Shown: one piece after another, positions 57,537-64,000 of the stretch
How the letters are laid out: each line of letters starts with the position of its first letter
How positions within the stretch are numbered: the first letter of the stretch is position 1
Origin: a virus
IMG/VR virus record: IMGVR_UViG_3300021957_000015
Coordinates: 1 to 64,000 of that record
DNA: 64,000 bases
Strand: one strand, 5' to 3'
Notes under the pieces: model-generated
The model's input: the letters and a program-made list of their open reading frames with translations, nothing else
What the model was told of the DNA's origin: nothing
Databases searched by the model: none
Made by a program: the position numbers and the translations under genes

Positions 57537-59045
57537 GTGGAACTTAGTTTAACAGAAAATAGACAGTTGCTTCGTATTGATGATGCAACTGAAATGGAGC
57601 TTGAACAACTTAATATCTCTCTTAACAAGAGAATTGAATCGTGGAGATTTAATCCATTAGTTAAGAAAGGATTGTGGGACGGTTACATATCATATATAAA
57701 AGATGACAAGTGGATTCCATCTGGGCTATGGAGAGAAGTCATGTCAATATGCAAAGAATACGGATATGAACTTAAATTAAATGGTATAACTGTCCTGTTT
57801 GACACTAAAATAAACCAGGAAGAGTTTACAGAGTGGGCTTTAAAGTTCTTTGAGAAATCAGAAATAACGCCCCGTGATTATCAAATAGAAGCAGCATTTA
57901 ACATTCTTAAATTTAGAAAATGTTTATCAGAGCTTGCAACCTCTGCAGGTAAAACATTGATATCATTTTTAACTGTAGCATATCAATTAGAGAAAAAGAA
58001 ATCAGAAAGAATTCTTTTTATTGTACCTAATGTTTCTCTTGTAGTACAAGCTAGTGAAGATTTCTTAGATTATAACTATAGAAACTCAGTAGATATAAAA
58101 GTACAACAAATTTATTCCGGTCAAAAAATAAGACCCGGTAGAAATGTAGTAATTGGAACATATCAATCTCTTGTTAAAAAGAATAAAGAATATTTTGAAC
58201 AATTTGATGCAGTAATAATTGACGAAACACATAAAGCTAAATCTACTTCAATTAAGACTATATTACAAAAGTGTGTAAACGCTAAATATAGATATGGTTT
58301 ATCAGGTACAATTCCAAAAGAAGGCACAATAGATAGACTTACATTAATGGCATACACTGGCCCTTTGATCACTGAGGTTTCTGCAAATTTCCTACAAAAT
58401 GAAGGACACATTGCAAAATGTAAAGTTAAAGTTATTAAAATGGATTATGCTCCTCAATCTACAAAGGACGCATTTAGAGAAATGTCACAAAACAGATATG
58501 AAAGTAAAGATGTATTCAAATTTGAACAAAACTACATTATTAATTCGGAAGGGCGTCTTAATTTTATTTCAAACATTATATCCAGAGTACGCGGTAATAG
58601 TCTTGTTCTTTTCCACAGGATTGAACATGGTAAAAAACTTTATGCAAAACTTAGGCAAGAAAGTGATAAAACAATATATTATGTTGACGGTAATACCGAT
58701 AAGGATATCAGAGAAGAATATAAAAAGAAAATGGAGGCAAACGCGAATGTAGTAATTGTTGCTTCATATGGTACGTTCTCTACTGGTATATCAATTAAAA
58801 GAATTCATAATATATTCTTCACAGAGTCCTTTAAATCTGAAGTAGTTATTAGGCAATCTATTGGGCGTGGGTTAAGGCAACACAGCTCTAAAGAAAGCGT
58901 AAACATTATAGATTTTGTTGATGATTTGTCTTCACCTGATTGGGATAATTATCTTATAAGACACGCTAAAGCTAGACAAGCCATATATAAAGAACAGAAG
59001 TTTGCATACGAAATAAAAAATGTGTCATTTGAAGGAGATATATAA
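57537..59045 (+). CDS. uvsW: SF2 DNA helicase UvsW
   Basis: WDG, PRDYQ, LATSAGKT, DETH, GLSGT, ASYGTFSTGISI, QSIGRGLR; GTG start. Confidence 0.93.
   Translation: MELSLTENRQLLRIDDATEMELEQLNISLNKRIESWRFNPLVKKGLWDGYISYIKDDKWIPSGLWREVMSICKEYGYELKLNGITVLFDTKINQEEFTEWALKFFEKSEITPRDYQIEAAFNILKFRKCLSELATSAGKTLISFLTVAYQLEKKKSERILFIVPNVSLVVQASEDFLDYNYRNSVDIKVQQIYSGQKIRPGRNVVIGTYQSLVKKNKEYFEQFDAVIIDETHKAKSTSIKTILQKCVNAKYRYGLSGTIPKEGTIDRLTLMAYTGPLITEVSANFLQNEGHIAKCKVKVIKMDYAPQSTKDAFREMSQNRYESKDVFKFEQNYIINSEGRLNFISNIISRVRGNSLVLFHRIEHGKKLYAKLRQESDKTIYYVDGNTDKDIREEYKKKMEANANVVIVASYGTFSTGISIKRIHNIFFTESFKSEVVIRQSIGRGLRQHSSKESVNIIDFVDDLSSPDWDNYLIRHAKARQAIYKEQKFAYEIKNVSFEGDI
59037..59044 (+). promoter_or_regulatory. 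Putative late promoter GATATATA
   Basis: At the uvsW stop, upstream of ATG 59080. Confidence 0.65.
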
Positions 59046-59079
59046 TAAAATAATCATAACGAAATAAATATAAATTGTA

Positions 59080-60909
59080 ATGGATAAATTAAAAAACTTC
59101 GAGCAATTTGCTAAGGTAAAAACCGAACGTGATGCCGCTCAATTAAAAGAAGAGCAAGATTCTAAAAGATCAGCAGAAGCTAATACCTTCAAATCTCTTT
59201 TATCAGAATTCAATGTCACTTCTATTAAAGAATTATCAGAAGATCAAAAATCTGAATTTTTTACTAAACTAAGAGGTGTTGAGGTTTCTGAATCCTTTTT
59301 AATTATAGAAGGAACTAGAGGACAGTTTGGTAAAATAGACAAAAAAGGTAACATAGAATCAGTGTATACACATTACGACTCATATCCTGATAACATGCTA
59401 CCACTTATCAAGAAAACATATTTAAAAGGTGGTTCACCTCTAAATATGGTTCTTAAAAATGGAGATAATTCAGGTTTAGAAGCTGATCCAAGAGGAATGA
59501 ACTACTACGGAGACTCCGATAATATGAAAGGTAACGTTAAAAACATTGACAGATACATTTCAACAGCAGGCGATAAAGGTGGTGCAGAATTCATTTACCT
59601 TTTTGATGAAAAATCAGGAAAGTGGTTAATGGCAGACATATATGCAGGTGATAAAGATTTAAAACCAGCATTTGAATCTGTAGAAATTAATGAAGCTATT
59701 AAAGTAGAAGGTAAGAGAGATGCTAAGAAAGTAGTAACTCAGTATAATCAAATTTTGTTTTCTAAATTAAATGCAATCGGTGCATCTAACGATAAGAAGA
59801 CTTTATTGGGTGCAATTAAAAAATTATTCTTAGATTCAATGGAAGATGCTAATTTCCATAGAGAAAGAGAAAAGTGTGCAGGCGCTATCAAAGGTAATAT
59901 AGGATCTATTCCAGTAATAGTTGATGGTTTAGGCAAAATGTCAGTAAACATTGGATCAACAAGAATTAAAGATGCGTTAGAAAAAGAATATTCTAGAATT
60001 TCAAATGCAGCTGGATGGTCAGGTCAAGGTATTGCAGAAGGAACTGCATTATTCTTAGAGCAGTGTGGCTTTGCTAAAATGGGACAAGATTTACTAGATA
60101 GGTTTAACTCTTTCTTTGAAGGTGAAGTAAAAGACAACTTTGAATTTAGAATGTTTGAAACTATTAAATATGCAGAAAGTGTATTAGAAGCTACTGTAGT
60201 TATGGATGCAACAGATCCTGGATCTAAAGTATTAAAAAAATTACTTAAGAAACACAAAGTTACAATGGAGATCATCGATAACGAAGGTCCAACAGGTTTC
60301 CCAGAAGTTGAATTAACGGGTTCAAGAGAAGATCTACAATCAGTGTTAGGCTCTGACGATGGTTGGGGTGATCCTGAATTAGGGGAATACATTGAAGAAT
60401 CTAACGAAACCTTTAAGATTAAAGTTAAAGCTTTAAATGAAGCTAAATTTGTAAAAGATTTTAATAAAGATGTTTTAGGTGCTGAAACTAAAGAAGATAT
60501 AAAATCTTATTATCCATCAGCTAAATTCTTTATTGGTAAATTGACACACTTCTTTGGAGAACTAGAACCTAACCTATTCTTTAAAGCTTACTATGCTAGA
60601 TACTACAAAGAAGATACGGGCAAGAAAATTAAAGGTGACTTTAAAATTACTTCAATCTACTCTGAAAAGGGTAGTAATTATGTTCACTTACACAATGAAT
60701 CTGCTAAAACAGTAGAAGCTCCAAAAGTAAACGAAGCAGAAGTTACTTCAGACGAAGAATTTAAAGAGTATGCATTTTCAGTATTAAAGAAAGCATTCGG
60801 AGATGAATTTGACGAAGATAAGGCAGGTGAAGTTGTAGACGGATTAATTTCTAAAAACTCAGGAGATTACGGTGCTATGGTTGGTGCCTTAAAATCATCA
60901 CTAGGGTAA
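59080..60909 (+). CDS. 609-aa multi-module putative virion-internal polyprotein
   Basis: MDKLKNFEQF leader; five ES...(I/L/V)-x-E linkers. Confidence 0.72.
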   Translation: MDKLKNFEQFAKVKTERDAAQLKEEQDSKRSAEANTFKSLLSEFNVTSIKELSEDQKSEFFTKLRGVEVSESFLIIEGTRGQFGKIDKKGNIESVYTHYDSYPDNMLPLIKKTYLKGGSPLNMVLKNGDNSGLEADPRGMNYYGDSDNMKGNVKNIDRYISTAGDKGGAEFIYLFDEKSGKWLMADIYAGDKDLKPAFESVEINEAIKVEGKRDAKKVVTQYNQILFSKLNAIGASNDKKTLLGAIKKLFLDSMEDANFHREREKCAGAIKGNIGSIPVIVDGLGKMSVNIGSTRIKDALEKEYSRISNAAGWSGQGIAEGTALFLEQCGFAKMGQDLLDRFNSFFEGEVKDNFEFRMFETIKYAESVLEATVVMDATDPGSKVLKKLLKKHKVTMEIIDNEGPTGFPEVELTGSREDLQSVLGSDDGWGDPELGEYIEESNETFKIKVKALNEAKFVKDFNKDVLGAETKEDIKSYYPSAKFFIGKLTHFFGELEPNLFFKAYYARYYKEDTGKKIKGDFKITSIYSEKGSNYVHLHNESAKTVEAPKVNEAEVTSDEEFKEYAFSVLKKAFGDEFDEDKAGEVVDGLISKNSGDYGAMVGALKSSLG

Positions 60910-60920
60910 AAACAATATAT

Positions 60921-60951
60921 AAACTAGAGAGCATAACACTCTCTAGTTTTT
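60921..60951 (+). terminator. Terminator-like hairpin
   Basis: Perfect 11-bp stem AAACTAGAGAG/CTCTCTAGTTT, 7-nt loop, T-rich 3' side. Confidence 0.7.
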
Positions 60952-60964
60952 ACTTTCAACTACT

Positions 60965-62236
60965 ATGAAAATATATACAGACTTTAGTACATTTATAACT
61001 GAAAGGGTTCATTTACAAGAATCTAATTTAATATTAGAAGGTGGAGCAGCCGGCCACATGTCACACCCGTTTGATAACAAGTCATTGACATTCGGCGATT
61101 TTAAAAAGCTTATAGAATCTGGATTAAGTGGAGAACTTAATTTTGAAGAAGATCCTACTGAAAAAACAGATGGCCAAAATTTATTTGCAACTGTTAAAGA
61201 TGGAGAAACAATGTTTGCCAGAAATAAGGGTCAAATGAAAAATCCAATAGACCTAAACGGTATTATTAAGATGTTTACTGGTCACGCTTCTAAATTAGTA
61301 GAAGAAACATATATTTTTGCAGCAAAAGATTTAGCTGACGCTTTACCAAAACTTAAGGATCAATCAATGTTTGCAAACGGATTAAATTTCGTTAACATGG
61401 AATTGATCTACTCTAAAAATCCCAACGTGATATATTATGATAGAGATGTTATTCAATTTCACAATATAACAGAAACAGACGGAGAAGGTAATCAAACAGG
61501 AACTCAAAATTTAGCAACAGAATTAGTAGGTGCTTTAAAAGAATTAAAGAAAGATGTTCAAAACACATTTACTATAATTCCACCACAAGTATTAAAGATT
61601 GCTAAAGACGTTGACTTTGAAGCAAACAAGTCAAAATTCATTAAACAAGTAGAAGCATTAAAGAATCGTTATAAATTAACAGATGCTGACGAAGTTTCCA
61701 GATATCATGAAATGTGGTGGAGAGAAACGATAGACACAAATTTCCCTGATCTAGAACAAAACCATAAAGAAGGTTTATTATTAAGATGGGCATATGGCGA
61801 TAAGAAAACTTTAAACTTAAGATCATTAGACAAAGCTATCGGTAAAGACAAAGCTGCACTAATTAAGAAGTTTGATAAAGAAGATGTTAAAAAGAAGTAT
61901 AAAGAAAACATTAGACCATTTGAAGATCTATTCTTAGAATTAGGATCAGTAATCTTGAAAAACGCAAGTAACTTTGTAGCTGCATCGCCAGATAAAGAAA
62001 TGCAAAGACTACATAATCAAATTAGAACTGAAGCTGCTAAGATTAAAAAATCAGGTGGAATTGATCAGATTAAAAAAGTTGAAGCTGAACTTGCTAGACT
62101 AGAAAGAATCGGTGGAATAGAGTCTATTATACCAACTGAAGGTTTAGTTTTTAAATATAAGGGACATACTTATAAACTAACTGGAACTTTTGCTGCAATT
62201 AATCAATTAATGGGAATTATTAAATACGGTAGATAA
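60965..62236 (+). CDS. ATP-dependent ligase-fold (RNA-ligase-like) nucleotidyltransferase with a targeting-like leader
   Basis: TEKTDGQN (KxDG, motif I), NMELI (III), EGLVFK (IV), YKLTG (V); leader MKIYTDFSTFITE...LILE|GGAAGHMSHPFD. Confidence 0.7.
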   Translation: MKIYTDFSTFITERVHLQESNLILEGGAAGHMSHPFDNKSLTFGDFKKLIESGLSGELNFEEDPTEKTDGQNLFATVKDGETMFARNKGQMKNPIDLNGIIKMFTGHASKLVEETYIFAAKDLADALPKLKDQSMFANGLNFVNMELIYSKNPNVIYYDRDVIQFHNITETDGEGNQTGTQNLATELVGALKELKKDVQNTFTIIPPQVLKIAKDVDFEANKSKFIKQVEALKNRYKLTDADEVSRYHEMWWRETIDTNFPDLEQNHKEGLLLRWAYGDKKTLNLRSLDKAIGKDKAALIKKFDKEDVKKKYKENIRPFEDLFLELGSVILKNASNFVAASPDKEMQRLHNQIRTEAAKIKKSGGIDQIKKVEAELARLERIGGIESIIPTEGLVFKYKGHTYKLTGTFAAINQLMGIIKYGR

Positions 62237-62238
62237 CA

Positions 62239-64000
62239 ATGGCATTACAGAACTTAAAAACATATTTTGAATCAACTAATATCAATGACTTTAAAAAGTT
62301 ACTAGATAATATTTGCGTCGTAACCGAAAAGGTACAAGCTTCAAGTTTTCATGTTAGAAGAGATGAGATTGACGTTTTTGAATTTTTTAAAAGCGGTTCA
62401 AAAACACCTATTAATAAAGTAGACAGAACGTTAGTAAAATATTATGAAAACGGAATTAAACACTTTAACACAATATCAGATGTTATTCTAAATGAAATGC
62501 CAAAGGATTGGAAATTCGGGTTTGATTACATGTTAGAAACCAAAACTGTAGATATAGAATATGACAATGTTCCTAAAAACAATCTTATATTAACACATAT
62601 ACAGGTTTTAAATCCTTCAGATCCCTCTAAAGTAAAAAAAGTAATTAGAGATCCTAGAATTTTAGAAAAATGGGCTGGTTTATTAGATGTACAGCCAATA
62701 TCTGTACTTTTTCAAGGTCAATTGGCATCTAATCAGAAAGATGACTTAATATCATTATTATCACTGGGCACTGAAGAATTTAAAAAGAAATTTAAAAACC
62801 AATCTTTTACAAGAACTATTTATCACATATTCGATAACGGTAGAAATAAGTCAGCATTAAACTTGGATTTAGATAAAGACATTGATGCGCTAGTTATTAA
62901 TTTTTATGAAGATAGGACACCTAAAAGTTTTAAGCTAGAAAGATTCGATAGAGAATCTGCACCAAATAGAAAATCATCAGACATGTATCAAATATCGATA
63001 CTAGATTTAGTTGAATTCTTAACTTCATTTGATTTATCAGATATAAAATTAAAAGAAGAAAAGGCGGATTTAAGATATGTAGAACTAATTTCATCTATAT
63101 TTAATGCGTATGTTGAAAAGCATGCTACAAAATATGTAGGCGCTGATTTTGATTCAGCTGATTTTGCAGAAGGAGAATCATTTGAACTTAATACAGCATT
63201 TATGTCAAATGAAAAAACAATATCACTTGTACAAAATAAAGTACTAGCTGAATTGTTCAAAATAGCATTAGGATCTTTTAGAAAAAAGAGAACTAAAGAA
63301 ACAGATATCATTAACGCAGATTTATTATCTCAAATTAATGAAATAGTTGAAGAAATAGATACTATTGTAATGGGTAAAACAAATGAAAAAGATGTAATGG
63401 ATTTTAAAAAATATCTAATTAATCAAAAACTAAATGGAGATGTAAGTCCAATAATGGAAGGATTAACTGTAAATTATCCAGATCAAGGTAAAAAGCCAGT
63501 CAATATGTTTGTCGGTAGATTTCAACCGTTCACATTAGGACATGCTAAAGTAATAGACACTATCAGCAAACAAAATGGACACCCTGTTGTTGTAATATTG
63601 ATTAAATCAAAGACTAAGAAAAAAGAAGATGCGTTTAAAAGACCATACGACGAGGAAACTCAATTAGCAATGCTTAATAAATTAAAGTCTAAATACCCAA
63701 TAGAAAAAGTATACATTTTAGATAGAGCTGCAATAGATTACATGTTTAACGCAATGCGAGCAGATGGTTACGAACCAGTGCTTTGGGGAACAGGAACAGA
63801 TAGACTTAAAACATATTCGTATCAAGTTGATAAACCAGAATATAGAGAATCTTTAAATTGTAGAGAAGATTTCGGTTTATTTGAAATCCCTAGATCTGGT
63901 AAAAACATTTCAGCAACACAGGTTAGAAATGCAATGTTAGACGGTGATGAAAAAACATTTAAAAAATTAACACCTAGACCAATTCATGGTATGTATACTG
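62239..64000 (+). CDS. Fusion protein, 3'-truncated: degenerate ligase-like N-terminus plus an HxGH-type (NMNAT/cytidylyltransferase-like) nucleotidyltransferase
   Basis: Not in the ORF track because it has no stop in the window. MALQNLKTYFES...VTEKVQASSF...; from about 63500 MFVGRFQPFTLGHAKV...GTGTDR...ISATQVRNAM. Confidence 0.8.
   Translation, partial: MALQNLKTYFESTNINDFKKLLDNICVVTEKVQASSFHVRRDEIDVFEFFKSGSKTPINKVDRTLVKYYENGIKHFNTISDVILNEMPKDWKFGFDYMLETKTVDIEYDNVPKNNLILTHIQVLNPSDPSKVKKVIRDPRILEKWAGLLDVQPISVLFQGQLASNQKDDLISLLSLGTEEFKKKFKNQSFTRTIYHIFDNGRNKSALNLDLDKDIDALVINFYEDRTPKSFKLERFDRESAPNRKSSDMYQISILDLVEFLTSFDLSDIKLKEEKADLRYVELISSIFNAYVEKHATKYVGADFDSADFAEGESFELNTAFMSNEKTISLVQNKVLAELFKIALGSFRKKRTKETDIINADLLSQINEIVEEIDTIVMGKTNEKDVMDFKKYLINQKLNGDVSPIMEGLTVNYPDQGKKPVNMFVGRFQPFTLGHAKVIDTISKQNGHPVVVILIKSKTKKKEDAFKRPYDEETQLAMLNKLKSKYPIEKVYILDRAAIDYMFNAMRADGYEPVLWGTGTDRLKTYSYQVDKPEYRESLNCREDFGLFEIPRSGKNISATQVRNAMLDGDEKTFKKLTPRPIHGMYT

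Noticed and set aside
58399-58752. Plus-strand ORF nested in uvsW
   Set aside because: Out-of-frame overlap with a conserved helicase core; no independent signals
54887-59045. Inteins, introns or homing endonucleases in replication genes
   Set aside because: SSB, primase and UvsW have ordinary lengths with contiguous motifs; no HNH, GIY-YIG, LAGLIDADG or intein termini seen
283-63311. Numerous minus-strand ORFs of 60-200 aa in the ORF track (for example 32071-32676, 33631-34233, 48364-48855)
   Set aside because: All lie opposite longer, motif-bearing plus-strand genes and have shadow-like composition with no recognisable motifs
1-64000. Alternative genetic code (stop-codon reassignment, as in some jumbo phages)
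   Set aside because: Genes tile the window at full length in code 11, and TAG (2027, 19350) and TGA (15097, 54800) act as stops at sensible boundaries

Overview
This is an AT-rich, densely coding fragment of a T4-like jumbo myophage genome. Essentially all genes are on the + strand in the standard code. The host is probably Bacteroidota, inferred from A-rich leaders without Shine-Dalgarno sequences, a TAnnTTTG-like promoter and a BACON-like domain. Layout: small accessory genes with a PseT-type phosphatase and UvsE (1-3.7 kb); capsid-cargo-like genes (3.7-9.7 kb); dCMP deaminase, a DinG-like helicase, a 2OG-Fe(II) oxygenase and hypotheticals (9.7-15.1 kb); a baseplate/neck/tail module that also holds a ribosomal protein S1 homologue and an amidoligase (15.1-52.4 kb); more cargo-like genes, a RuvC-like resolvase, gp32 SSB, primase, UvsY and UvsW (52.4-59 kb); and a last cargo-like block with a ligase-like protein and a truncated nucleotidyltransferase fusion (59-64 kb). 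The strongest unexplained signal is a recurring peptide grammar. About ten proteins carry a leader like the T4 internal-protein capsid-targeting sequence (MK-x-x-(F/Y)-x-x-(F/Y)-(I/L)-x-E). Two long proteins look like strings of unrelated small domains joined by ES-x(n)-(I/L/V)-x-E linkers, which suggests polyproteins packaged into the head, cut by the prohead protease and injected as separate effectors. Two phage promoter classes can be read from the DNA: GATATATA before virion genes and (G/T)AAAC-N17/18-TATAA before non-structural genes. One copy of the second points antisense beside the replication genes. All family assignments come from motif recognition; no database search was run.
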